From Blastocatellia bacterium (lineage in GTDB: Bacteria > Acidobacteriota > Blastocatellia > UBA7656): a DNA stretch of 64,000 nt. The DNA is taken from positions 32,001 through 96,000 of the forward strand of contig CAVXWP010000016.1 in assembly GCA_963765495.1 (NCBI GenBank), in the 5' to 3' direction. Position numbers and translations under genes: made by a program. Below are positions 1 through 9,520 of this stretch, in pieces. Under the pieces are notes generated by a model. It was not told the DNA's origin, did no database searches, and was given only the letters and a program-made list of their open reading frames with translations. Within the stretch, counting starts at the first letter, position 1. Each line of letters opens with the position of its first letter.

Positions 1-1073
1 ACCAGAACCGTACCTGGGAAACGAAAAGCGACGAACAGGGACATTTTCGCTTTCCATATCTGCCGATTGGCAGCTACGAACTCAGGATCGAGTTAGCGGG
101 CTTTAGTCTAATGCGAAAGGATCTCGTGCTCTCGGTCGGTCAAGCGCTCGACGTGCCCCTACGGCTGTCGGTAGCCAGTGTCGATGAACAGGTAAACGTC
201 ACGACTGACGTTCCGATAATCGAAACACTTCGGTCACAGGTGGCGGGAACCGTAACGCCGCAAGAGATTACTTCGTTGCCGCTGAATGGTCGCAACTACC
301 TCGATCTCGCGCTGCTTGTTCCCACCGTATCACGCACCAACACTGGAAGCAACCAGCGATTTGCGGAAACCTCTGCCGTACCGGGCACGGGTCTTTCCAT
401 CGCAGGCCAGCGCAACCTCAACAACGGCTTTATCGTTGATGGACTGTCAACAAACGACGACGCTGCTGATCTGGCCGGCACGTTTTACAGTCAGGAGGTG
501 ATCCGAGAGTTTCAGGTGATTACGTCCGGCGGCATAGCCGAATATGGCCGCGCTTCCTCCGGGGTCGTCAACATCATCACACAGTCGGGAACCAGGGACT
601 GGCGTGGACGCCACTACAGTTTTCTGCGCAATCAGCGCTTCGACGCCAGAAATCCGCTTGCTCCGCGCAAAGATGCGCTTACGCAATCACAATATGGAGC
701 GAGCGTAGGCGGCGCGCTCGTCGGCAACCATACCTTTCTGTTTGCCAATTTCGAGCAGACCCGGCGCAATGACTCACTCGTCATAACCATACCGGCTGCC
801 AGCGTCGCAGCCATAAACACCAGGTTGAACCAGGTAAACTTTTCCGGTCCTCGGATTGAAACCGGCCTCGTCCCGTCCGGCTTTGACGTGACCAACTTTT
901 TTGCGCGGGTGGATCACCGGATCAACTCTGCGAATCAGTTTGCGGCGCGTTACAGCCTCTATAACGTTTCGGCGATCAATTCACGCGCCGTGATGCCATC
1001 CGCCCCCAACTCAAGCTTCCCTCGTGCGATCCTGCGTGCAAAAGGGTGCGAAATCATCAGGGGAGTAAACTAG
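1..1073 (+). pseudogene. TonB-dependent receptor (carboxypeptidase-regulatory N-domain + plug), 5' end outside window, 3'-truncated
   Basis: Frame is open from position 3 (QNRTWETKSDEQGHFRFPYLPIGSYELRIE). Plug motifs LPLNGRNYLDLALL and EFQVITSGGIAEYGRASSGVVNIITQSG are present. Similarity ends near 990 (YNVSAINSRAV) with a stop at 1073, so most of the barrel is missing. Confidence 0.8.
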
Positions 1074-1104
1074 AACTGTCTGATGTGAAACGACTCTGGA
1101 GAAG

Positions 1105-1902
1105 CTAGTGTCGGCGCAGCGTCTCTTCTTCGGCCAATTCGCGAAGTCTCTGCATATCAAGAACAGAGATCTCTTTGCGGTTGATATTGATGATGCCTTC
1201 ATCACGGAGCCGGCCCAGAGCATTGCTCACCGTCTCACGATAGACACCGATCATATCAGCGATATCCTGGTGCGTCACTTCTTTGATTGTTTGCGTATCA
1301 TTCTGGGAGAGGCTGAGCAATAACGTAGCGACTCGGGCTGGTATTCCCTTAAAGACGCTATCGCTGAGCTTAGCCTGTGCATTGTGCATACGCTGGCCGA
1401 TTTCTTCGAGCATGCGAAAAGCAACCTGCGGCCTCATCAGCATTAGTCGTTCAATATCTGCCCGTCCCATTACACATATCGTGCAGTCCTCCGCCGCTTC
1501 AGCAAACAGGGTGTACATATTCTGACCAATGAGCGCCATCTCCCCGAAAAAGGTCATTGGCTCGATCACCTGGATGACCAGTTTACGCCCTTCCGCCGAG
1601 AGGCGATACAGATGGACCGAGCCCTTCTTGAGCATGAAAAGTATCTCGCCCGTTTCGCCCGGCATGTAAATAATTTGACCTTTGATTGCCGTCTTCATGA
1701 CGGTCGAGTCAATGATCATCTGCATCTCATTTTTCGAAAGGTCGCGAAAAATACGAAAGGCTAAAAGGTACCCCACTTTAGTCGGCTCGTCAGCCAAGGC
1801 CGCAGTAATGACGTCTGAAGTTGCGGCCGCCGTTGTCTGCTCCATCCCTGATCTTCGACCGCCGAGCAATCGTGAAAAGGTTGATAAAATACTTTGTGCC
1901 AT
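1105..1902 (-). CDS. Crp/Fnr family transcriptional regulator
   Basis: cNMP-binding fold (KKGSVHLYRLSAEGRKLVI...FFGEMAL) and C-terminal HTH (THQDIADMIGVYRETVSNALGRL). AGGAG precedes the ATG at 1902. Confidence 0.9.
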   Translation of the reverse strand: MAQSILSTFSRLLGGRRSGMEQTTAAATSDVITAALADEPTKVGYLLAFRIFRDLSKNEMQMIIDSTVMKTAIKGQIIYMPGETGEILFMLKKGSVHLYRLSAEGRKLVIQVIEPMTFFGEMALIGQNMYTLFAEAAEDCTICVMGRADIERLMLMRPQVAFRMLEEIGQRMHNAQAKLSDSVFKGIPARVATLLLSLSQNDTQTIKEVTHQDIADMIGVYRETVSNALGRLRDEGIININRKEISVLDMQRLRELAEEETLRRH

Positions 1903-2092
1903 TTCTGGATACTCCTTACTTTTGATATGGAACCCGAAGCCAATAAAAGCCGTAGTGTTGGCCACAACCCAGCTTGAATGCTTGTCAAAAGTATATACCA
2001 ACAATGGTGAAAACTTATTGCCAAATTGGAAATAAGGGAGTCAGATCGTGATAGAGTATTTACAGTTGGAAATGGTGTTTATATATACCTAC

Positions 2093-3099
2093 ACCTAATG
2101 TGCGACTCTTTCGTCGCTCAAATTGCGAGGAGGCCATCCAAATCAAGCGACGGTCTCCCCTTTTGTAGATTAAGAAAGACGCCGACCGTATGTGCCAGCA
2201 CCTTTCGGATGATCCGGCTTTGATAATGCCATATGTCTTTGGCTCGGGTCCGCGCAATACCAAATAATTCGGTCAAATGCGACCCCACGGTTTCTATAAC
2301 TTTGCGCCATCGTTTGCAGGCACGCACTACTGCCTCTGGCCACTGCTCTTTCATATTTGCACGCACCGCTGCCACAACCGTTACGCCATATCGCTGTTTC
2401 AACAAGGCTTGTCGGTAGGGATCTATGAAGCCTTTGTCAGCAGGCACTAACCCTCGAAAGCCTTCAACCAGGGCTTCTGTATGATTGACATCATGCGGAC
2501 GGGCTGAAAGCAACGGGTAATGCGTAATCATCCCCGACAAACTGACGCGCAAGCCCAGTTTGAAGCCGTAGTAAGAGAGTTGCTTTGCGGCACAATAGCC
2601 GTAATCGGCCTGGAATTTGAAGCATTTATCGCGCTGGGCGCGTGTGTAAGTACAAACCGGCAAGGGCAAAGTATCAATTGGTTGAATAGAGGTTTGCGAT
2701 TGCTCAGAGACTTCGACGAGACGTTTTTGAATTGCAGCTTTGACCTGCCAGAGGTCAGCCGCTTGACGAACAAAGCGGGTGCGATCAGTGAGGTTAGGAA
2801 AGAAATGCTGGAAATGCTTATGGAAATAAGCGAAGAGGTCACGATCAATGTGAAGTTTGAAGAATTCGCCGCAGATTTCCATAGTGATAACTTCTTGGTC
2901 AGTAAGAGCCGGTTGAAAGCCGCCGCGACGCAGCCCGGAGAGAGGGGCGACCGCAGCATAGTGCTCGACAACCAGGCAGTAAACGGTGATGATAAAGGTA
3001 TCTCGATCCATCGGGTAAGTCTCCTGTGAAGGTGTTAGTCACATCCATTCTACAGGATGACTTGCTTGATGGATCACTCAAATGAGTCGCACATTAGGT
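2093..3099 (-). mobile_element. IS982-family insertion sequence (1007 bp)
   Basis: Perfect 16-bp terminal inverted repeats ACCTAATGTGCGACTC (2093-2108) / GAGTCGCACATTAGGT (3084-3099) enclose a single transposase ORF. No target duplication is visible. Confidence 0.9.
2118..3011 (-). CDS. IS982-family DDE transposase
   Basis: Motifs IDTLPLPVC, YYGFKL, ADKGF and RWRKVIETVGSHL; 297 aa; lies between the inverted repeats. Confidence 0.9.
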   Translation of the reverse strand: MDRDTFIITVYCLVVEHYAAVAPLSGLRRGGFQPALTDQEVITMEICGEFFKLHIDRDLFAYFHKHFQHFFPNLTDRTRFVRQAADLWQVKAAIQKRLVEVSEQSQTSIQPIDTLPLPVCTYTRAQRDKCFKFQADYGYCAAKQLSYYGFKLGLRVSLSGMITHYPLLSARPHDVNHTEALVEGFRGLVPADKGFIDPYRQALLKQRYGVTVVAAVRANMKEQWPEAVVRACKRWRKVIETVGSHLTELFGIARTRAKDIWHYQSRIIRKVLAHTVGVFLNLQKGRPSLDLDGLLAI

Positions 3100-3200
3100 T
3101 CTTATACTGTTATTTGCGCTTCAATAATCACACCCGAAGCGCCTACTTCAGGGCCGTTTATTTCTCAGATTGACCTATTGAGATATTAGGAAACCACTGA

Positions 3201-3455
3201 TTGCTTTATCAAATGGCCCTGGAATACATAAATCCACAAGGAACTTTATATCATTCTGGAACCCAAGCTTATTTCGTTGCGCCTAATAAATTGTCCATGC
3301 CAGGAGAAGTTATTGAAGCAAACTGCACAAAAGAAGATTCGCGTCTCGCAGCACTTGCCGAAGATGCGGCGACTCGCTGGCAGTTCACCCCTACTTATGT
3401 AAACGGTGAACGAGTCGTAGTTGAAAGCCAGCTAACATTTCATTTTTCACGGTAG
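3201..3455 (+). pseudogene. TonB C-terminal domain fragment
   Basis: C-terminus LAALAEDAATRWQFTPTYVNGERVVVESQLTFHF resembles a TonB C-domain. No convincing start or N-terminus; adjacent to the IS. Confidence 0.5.
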
Positions 3456-3517
3456 CTTAATTTTGCATATTTGAATCTGGCCAAAAGTGAGCAAGCTACA
3501 ATAGCCTTTTCCCAGAA

Positions 3518-3673
3518 TTATTCCGGTGAAGCCATAGTCATTGAGCCAGCAGTAATGCTCCGCAGGGCTGCCAATGTCTCGATTACCTCGCGCCCTTCAA
3601 TCTCGATGACCTCAAGCAGTTGCTCAGGCGTCGGTGTATCCTCGCCGCTCCTGGCGTTTGGATTTACGGCCTT
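3518..3673 (-). pseudogene. Remnant of a type I restriction-modification methyltransferase (HsdM) C-terminus
   Basis: Manual translation gives KAVNPNARSGEDTPTPEQLLEVIEIEGREVIETLAALRSIT..., resembling the tail of N-6 DNA methylases. An in-frame stop lies immediately upstream. Confidence 0.5.
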
Positions 3674-3864
3674 CTACAAAGGTATTTCAGGCGATTCAGA
3701 GAGGCGCTGATCGTTCAGAGTCTTGAAAATCTTCTTTTCCATGACCATCTGCTTGAGCCGTAAATGCTCATGAGTGAACCCGTTCTCATGTGTCCAAAAG
3801 AGAATTGAATTGATGCCTCGAGTGGTGATGTTGCAAGTGACAGGGGCGATCCGGGCAATAATCC

Positions 3865-3893
3865 TTGAAATAGCTACGTTACATATCTATACT
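3865..3893 (+). promoter_or_regulatory. Putative sigma70 promoter of the GT2/M28 pair
   Basis: TTGAAA-17 bp-TATACT about 70 bp upstream of the ATG at 3964. Confidence 0.55.
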
Positions 3894-3963
3894 TTCGGCT
3901 TAATTGGTCGCTGACCTCGACGGAGATTTTTGCATCTAAAGCCCCGATTGGGTGAAAGGTATT

Positions 3964-5877
3964 ATGAAAAGGTTATTTAAATCCGCTCTGCTTGCGGCGT
4001 TCATTTCTATAATGCTTAGCTCTGCGGCTCACGCAGAAAGGGTTGCCACGCTTAAAGGATCTATCAGAGATGTGCGCGGTTACAATCTTCCGTGGCTCTT
4101 CATCAAGGCGAAGGAGCGAGCAAGCGGTCAGGAGGTTGAAACCAAATCTGACCGGGAGGGCGCTTTCACGTTCGATAATCTCAAGCCCGGACGATATACG
4201 CTCACGACCTCGACCCCCGGAATTGAGCGGGTGGTAACAGTAGTCGAAGTCAAAGCGGGCGAACAGGCCGAGGTATCGATGCTCGCGCGCCCCTTGATGC
4301 TGACCGGAAATTCCGCCGTAGACAAATATATTCTGTCGTCGACAGATCAGGGAGGGCGCTACCCGGCAGGTAATATCAGCTATCTGAATATAAACGACGC
4401 AATTGATACCTATTTCATGTGGGCCTATTTCGGGATACTGGGATTGTTGTCGGTCTACGGCATATATCGCTATCGAATGGTCTATCTATTCCTGCGCTAT
4501 CGAAAGCACTCGCCTGTGCCTGAGAGCCGTTTCCCGGAGAATCGGCTGCCCCGCGTAACGGTTCAATTGCCGCTGTTCAATGAAATGTATGTAGCCGAGA
4601 GGCTTATTGAGGCTATAGTCAAGCTTGATTACCCGCGCGAATTGCTCGAGATTCAGGTGCTTGACGATTCGACCGATGATACGCGCGAGATTGTGGCGCG
4701 AACGGTCAAGAAGTATTTCGAGCAAGGGTTTGACATAACTCACCATCACCGCACGGACCGCACCGGCTTCAAAGCCGGCGCGCTCGAAGCCGGCTTGAAA
4801 AAATCTTCGGGTGAGTTTGTTCTGATCTTCGATGCCGATTTCGTCCCGCGCCCGGATTGCATCCGTCGAATGATAGATTACTTCACAAACGAGCGCGTGG
4901 GGCTTGTGCAGATGCGCTGGAGCCATATCAATGCCAATTACTCTCTGCTCACAAAGGTGCAGGCCATTATGCTCGACGGCCATTTCATTATAGAGCAGAC
5001 GGCGCGCAATCGCTGCGGGGGCTTCTTTAATTTCAACGGCACGGCCGGGATGTGGCGGCGCGAAGCCATAGAATGGTCGGGCGGGTGGCAGCACGATACG
5101 CTGGCCGAAGACACCGATCTCTCATACCGCGCGCAATTGATGGGCTGGCGTTTCGTCTATCTTGTAGACGAAGACGTGCCTGCCGAATTGCCGGTCGAGA
5201 TAAATGCCTTCAAGTCTCAACAGCGCAGATGGGCAAAGGGGCTTGTTCAGGTAGGAATAAAGATGCTTGGTCGCATGCGGCGGGACCCTCGCCTCCCGTT
5301 CGACGTAAAGATGGAACAGTTCTTCCGATTGACGGGAAATCTCGCCGCGCCGCTTGTGATCGTGCTCGCGCTGATAAATTTCCCCGTGCTGATAGTTCGC
5401 TACAACCAGGGATTGTTCCACCTCTTCGCGCTCGATGTGCCGATACTGACTTTCACTACGCTTTCGGTCGTAGCCTTTTACGTAGTACCGCAGTGGTATC
5501 TTTATCCAAAGACGTGGCGAAGCTCGCTCAAATATATGCCCTTTGTCATGAGCATGGGAATAGCGCTTACGCTCTCGAACACGCGAGCCGTACTCGAAGC
5601 ACTCGTAGGCGTAAAGACTCCTTTTGTCCGCACGCCCAAGTACAGCATCGAAGACAACAGCGATCAAACATGGGTGAAAAAGAGATACGTTCCGCGAAGA
5701 CTCGCAGTGCCGTTGATCGAGACATTGTTTGCCGCATACTTTATCTTTACAATCTGGTATGCCGTAAGCAGTCGCATATTCGGCACTATTCCGTTTCTGT
5801 TGATCTACCTGTTTGGTTACGCCTATGCCTCAGTGCTGACGGTTATGCAGGGCCGAGTCAAGCTGCGCCGCAAATAG
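3964..5877 (+). CDS. GT2 processive glycosyltransferase (cellulose synthase-like) with N-terminal signal peptide and carboxypeptidase-regulatory-like domain
   Basis: VTVQLPLFNE, QVLDDSTD, GFKAGAL, FDADF, LAEDTDLS and QQRRW (D,D,D,QxxRW); C-terminal TM helices. N-terminus MKRLFKSALLAAFISIMLSSAAHA. Alternative start at 3952. Confidence 0.9.
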   Translation: MKRLFKSALLAAFISIMLSSAAHAERVATLKGSIRDVRGYNLPWLFIKAKERASGQEVETKSDREGAFTFDNLKPGRYTLTTSTPGIERVVTVVEVKAGEQAEVSMLARPLMLTGNSAVDKYILSSTDQGGRYPAGNISYLNINDAIDTYFMWAYFGILGLLSVYGIYRYRMVYLFLRYRKHSPVPESRFPENRLPRVTVQLPLFNEMYVAERLIEAIVKLDYPRELLEIQVLDDSTDDTREIVARTVKKYFEQGFDITHHHRTDRTGFKAGALEAGLKKSSGEFVLIFDADFVPRPDCIRRMIDYFTNERVGLVQMRWSHINANYSLLTKVQAIMLDGHFIIEQTARNRCGGFFNFNGTAGMWRREAIEWSGGWQHDTLAEDTDLSYRAQLMGWRFVYLVDEDVPAELPVEINAFKSQQRRWAKGLVQVGIKMLGRMRRDPRLPFDVKMEQFFRLTGNLAAPLVIVLALINFPVLIVRYNQGLFHLFALDVPILTFTTLSVVAFYVVPQWYLYPKTWRSSLKYMPFVMSMGIALTLSNTRAVLEALVGVKTPFVRTPKYSIEDNSDQTWVKKRYVPRRLAVPLIETLFAAYFIFTIWYAVSSRIFGTIPFLLIYLFGYAYASVLTVMQGRVKLRRK

Positions 5878-5888
5878 AAAGCAATCCC

Positions 5889-8057
5889 ATGAAAAGAACA
5901 GCCCCTCTTTTTGCTCTGCTGATTTTTCTATGTCAGACGATACCGGGGGCGGTCCGAATGGACGGCCCCTCCTCGCTTTATAACAAAACCGCTCTGCTCC
6001 CGGACAAAACGATAACGGCGCTTTCGGCTGAGATCAGCGGTCTGATAGCCAAAGACACCATCACGGAGCTTGCGCGTCAGCATCGCGTGCAGGCGTCTTC
6101 CGGGTTTTCGGAGGCAGCCCGCTATATCGCGTCGAAGGCGAAAGAGTACGGGCTTGAACAGGTAGAGATCGAGCACTTTCCGGCAGACGGCGAGAAGACC
6201 TACTACACTTTGAAATCGACGCCCGGCTGGGAAGTTGAACACGGCAGGCTCTGGGAAGTCGAGCCCGCTAAATCGAAAATCGCAGATTACGAAGAGATGC
6301 GCGTGGCGCTGGCGGATTATTCGCAGTCGGCTGATGTGACGGCCGAACTCGTGGATGTGGGCACGGGCACGTCTGAGAAGGATTACGAAGGCAAAGACGT
6401 AGAAGGCAGGATCGTGCTCGCGGGTGGAAACGTAGCGACGGTTCACAAGATGGCATGTGGCGAGCGCGGCGCACTGGGCATCGTCAGCTATCAGCAGAAT
6501 CAGGTGACTGGCTGGTCAGGCGATTATGTGGATAACGTGCGATGGGGGCATCTGTCTCCGTATGAGCCAAAGAATCGTTTCGCCTTTATGATCTCGCTCC
6601 GTCGCGCTCGCGAGCTTGAGGACCGGCTTCGACGCGGCGAGCAGATCAGGCTGCACGCCGATGTGAAAGCCGGTATGCGCCCGAGCAATTACGATGTGGT
6701 GAGCGCGATCATACCGGGCACCGACCTGGCCGCCGAAGAGATAGTCTTTTCCTGCCATCTGTGTCATCAAAAACCGGGCGCGAATGACAACGCCTCGGGC
6801 GCGGCAGCCATACTCGAAGCGGGGCGCGCGCTTGTATCTTTAATACGGCGCGGCGAAATCGAGCGCCCCCGCCGCACGATCAGGTTTATCTGGCCGCCTG
6901 AAATAAACGGGACCCTGGCCTACTTTGCGGAGCACCCGGAAACGGTTCGCCGCATGAAAGCCGTCATCCATTGCGATATGGTAGGCGGCAACTACTCGAT
7001 CACAAGATCGGTCCTGCACGTCACGCACACGCCCGCGTCGCTTCCGAGCGCGGTCAATGCCGTGGGCGATATCTTCGCAGAGTATGCGATAGCCGGGAGC
7101 ATGAAAGCGGCTTCGGGAGCCGGTTTCGAGGATGCGCTCGTTTCACCCGAAGGCAGCAAGGACAGCCTTGTTGCAGACATCACCCCTTTCGAGATGGGAT
7201 CGGATCACGACGTTTATGAAGAGGGGTCGTTTCGCATACCGGCCATCTATTTGCGAGACTGGCCCGACGTTTTTATCCACACAAACAACGACACGCCCGC
7301 AAACATAGACCCGACCAAGATGAAACGGTCTACGTTTATCGCCGCCGCTTCGGGTTATTTTCTCGCGCGGGCAAACCCCGATGAAGGAGCGCGGCTCGCC
7401 GATGTTGTATTCTCGCGGGCGCTTGCTCGCGTAGCGCGCGAACGCGACAGGGCAAAGGTTCTGGAATCTACAGGGACAGAAGGCGCTTACGAGGCTCGCA
7501 ATCTTATATCGTGGTCGCTTGACAGCGATGCCGATGTGCTCTCTTCGGTGCTTGCGCTTGCGCCCGGCGATAAGGAACTCGAGGCGAAGGTTGATAATCT
7601 GGTAGACCAGTTGAGCGGCACGTGGCTGTTTCTGACGGGCCAGTTTGAAGAGAGACGCAAGGGCAATCGAGTCACTTTTACGTTCGAGCCGAAAGAACCT
7701 GTCAGAAGAGATCAAAAGAGACCGCGCACGCCGAAAGAGGCTTCGCGCCCGCGCACGGTGACGGCTGATTACAACCGCGTGCCTGCGCGTAAAGTCACCG
7801 GCCCGATGAATGTTTATTACTACGATTACGTGGCCGAACGCGCAAGCCTTGCCGACAGACGCCCCGTTGAACAACTCGGAGCTCGCCCCCGAGGCGATGT
7901 GATTACTTACGAGATACTCAACCTTGTCGACGGCAAGCGCACCATCCGCGACATCCGCGATTTTATAGCCGCCGCCTACGAACCCGTTCCCATCGAAGAA
8001 GTCTCTGATTATCTGGGACTGCTTGAAAAGATCGGCGTCATCGAGATGGGGCAATAA
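5889..8057 (+). CDS. Secreted M28-family metallopeptidase (DUF4910-like) with PA domain and C-terminal winged helix
   Basis: Signal peptide from ATG 5889; HLCH..PGANDNASG, WPPEING, HCDMVG, GSDH, FIHTNNDT. The upstream part of the 1001-aa ORF overlaps the GT2 gene and is spurious. Confidence 0.85.
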   Translation: MKRTAPLFALLIFLCQTIPGAVRMDGPSSLYNKTALLPDKTITALSAEISGLIAKDTITELARQHRVQASSGFSEAARYIASKAKEYGLEQVEIEHFPADGEKTYYTLKSTPGWEVEHGRLWEVEPAKSKIADYEEMRVALADYSQSADVTAELVDVGTGTSEKDYEGKDVEGRIVLAGGNVATVHKMACGERGALGIVSYQQNQVTGWSGDYVDNVRWGHLSPYEPKNRFAFMISLRRARELEDRLRRGEQIRLHADVKAGMRPSNYDVVSAIIPGTDLAAEEIVFSCHLCHQKPGANDNASGAAAILEAGRALVSLIRRGEIERPRRTIRFIWPPEINGTLAYFAEHPETVRRMKAVIHCDMVGGNYSITRSVLHVTHTPASLPSAVNAVGDIFAEYAIAGSMKAASGAGFEDALVSPEGSKDSLVADITPFEMGSDHDVYEEGSFRIPAIYLRDWPDVFIHTNNDTPANIDPTKMKRSTFIAAASGYFLARANPDEGARLADVVFSRALARVARERDRAKVLESTGTEGAYEARNLISWSLDSDADVLSSVLALAPGDKELEAKVDNLVDQLSGTWLFLTGQFEERRKGNRVTFTFEPKEPVRRDQKRPRTPKEASRPRTVTADYNRVPARKVTGPMNVYYYDYVAERASLADRRPVEQLGARPRGDVITYEILNLVDGKRTIRDIRDFIAAAYEPVPIEEVSDYLGLLEKIGVIEMGQ

Positions 8058-8062
8058 CTGAA

Positions 8063-8142
8063 TCGTGATGCGTGACTTTCAGGAAGGCTGCTGTTAAAGA
8101 TAAATTGCAAATCCGGTAAATCACGCATCACGCATCACGATT
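8063..8142. repeat. Inverted TGCGTGA/TCACGCA heptamer arrays, likely a bidirectional terminator-like hairpin
   Basis: tcgtgatgcgtga ... tcacgcatcacgcatcacga between convergent genes. Confidence 0.7.
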
Positions 8143-9502
8143 CACTTTCAATGATGCCTCGTTCGATCAGGTACTGAAGCGCCTGAATGATCCTCAAATC
8201 CGTAGCTGGATTTTTGCTCGCTCTCTTGAATTCGGAAACGACTTCGTGCGCCGGACGTGGCGCGACGCACAGATCGCACAAAAGCTTTAAATCCGACACA
8301 GGCAAATGCATCGAGAGCTTTTCTATTCGAGCGTCTGTCTCGGCAGATTGGAAATGTATCGCCTGCCTGGGGTCGAGAGTGATGCGCGAGTGACGGCGCT
8401 GCCAGAAGGGCGAAGCCTCCCACCTTCGTTCCCTGCCGTAATAATCCATCCTCGTAGCCAGATAATTTTCAAACTCCCCGGCAATGATCTCTTCGTATTT
8501 CTCAAGCCCCGCCCGCTCGCCTTTGAAATAATCACAGACGGCAAAAGAGGCAAGTATCCCCGAACGCAACGCCTTGAATATTCCCTGCGAAGAGAGAGGA
8601 TCGACAGTCGTCGCGGCATCGCCTGCGGCAAGCCATCCGCCGCCCGTCAGGCAATCGAGCCGGTGAGAATAAGCCGGATAGATGCGAGGCCGATATTCCG
8701 GTCTGCCGTGAACCGCGCGGGCTCTTGTGTGAGGGGAATTGTTCAGACATTCGAGCCAGCAAGACGCGGATTTCAAACCGTGTTTCCTGACTATATCGAC
8801 ATCGGTCATGCAGGCAAAGACCATCCTGTTTTCGGGAAGCAGGGCCGAATACCACCAGCCCTCTTCCCACGCTTCCACAAGCGTGTAGGTGTCTGTCGCC
8901 GAAGCGCCCGCGTCCATACGGAAGAAGACGAATACGCCGAGCAACTGATCGAAGAGCACCCGCCTCGCCCCCTGCCTTGTGGCGAACGCAACACGCCTGC
9001 CCGTAGCGTCTATTACGAAAGAGGCTTCCAGATTTATTCTCTGTTTGTCTGCGGTTTCAGCCGTGATTTGCCACAGCCCCCCATTGGTCTTATGCGAGCC
9101 CGTGACCAGAGCGCCGGTATACACCTTGGCTCCTCGGCTTTCGGCCTGGCGCGCAAGCATGGAATCGAACCGGGCGCGGTCCAGATGCCAGCCTCGTCCG
9201 TAGGGGTGGTAGATAAATTCGTTGTCTAGCAGTTCGTCGCTTCCCCACACCGAGCGCGTGCCGTAGGCCGCAATGTGCCTTTCATTCAAAAACTCATCCC
9301 AGATTCCCAGTTGTTCGAGGAGGGCCTGAGCGACGGGCGTAAGCGTTTCCCCTATGCGGAGGCGGTCGTAGTTTGAGGCTTCAATTATGGCGACTGATAA
9401 ACCCGGCGATTGCTTTCTCAAAGAGAGCGCCGCAGCCGTCCCGGCCGGACCTCCCCCGAGAATCACTACATCGTAACGCACTGCTCTTTCTTTATCGCTC
9501 AA
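8135..9502 (-). CDS. lodB: LodB/GoxB-like FAD-dependent oxidoreductase (CTQ maturation flavoprotein) with C-terminal extension
   Basis: GGGPAG Rossmann motif, IGETL, GWHLDRARFD, DATGR, GWWYSA, GDAATTVDPLSSQGI; downstream of a lodA-like gene. Confidence 0.85.
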   Translation of the reverse strand: MSDKERAVRYDVVILGGGPAGTAAALSLRKQSPGLSVAIIEASNYDRLRIGETLTPVAQALLEQLGIWDEFLNERHIAAYGTRSVWGSDELLDNEFIYHPYGRGWHLDRARFDSMLARQAESRGAKVYTGALVTGSHKTNGGLWQITAETADKQRINLEASFVIDATGRRVAFATRQGARRVLFDQLLGVFVFFRMDAGASATDTYTLVEAWEEGWWYSALLPENRMVFACMTDVDIVRKHGLKSASCWLECLNNSPHTRARAVHGRPEYRPRIYPAYSHRLDCLTGGGWLAAGDAATTVDPLSSQGIFKALRSGILASFAVCDYFKGERAGLEKYEEIIAGEFENYLATRMDYYGRERRWEASPFWQRRHSRITLDPRQAIHFQSAETDARIEKLSMHLPVSDLKLLCDLCVAPRPAHEVVSEFKRASKNPATDLRIIQALQYLIERGIIESES

Positions 9503-9520
9503 TTGATCTTTTGATTGCCG

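Noticed and set aside
5052-5888. N-terminal 279 aa of the 1001-aa ORF
   Set aside because: Overlaps the GT2 gene in another frame; a signal peptide begins at ATG 5889.
8135-9502. Tryptophan halogenase
   Set aside because: No WxWxIP motif (GWWYSA instead), and the lodA context fits LodB.
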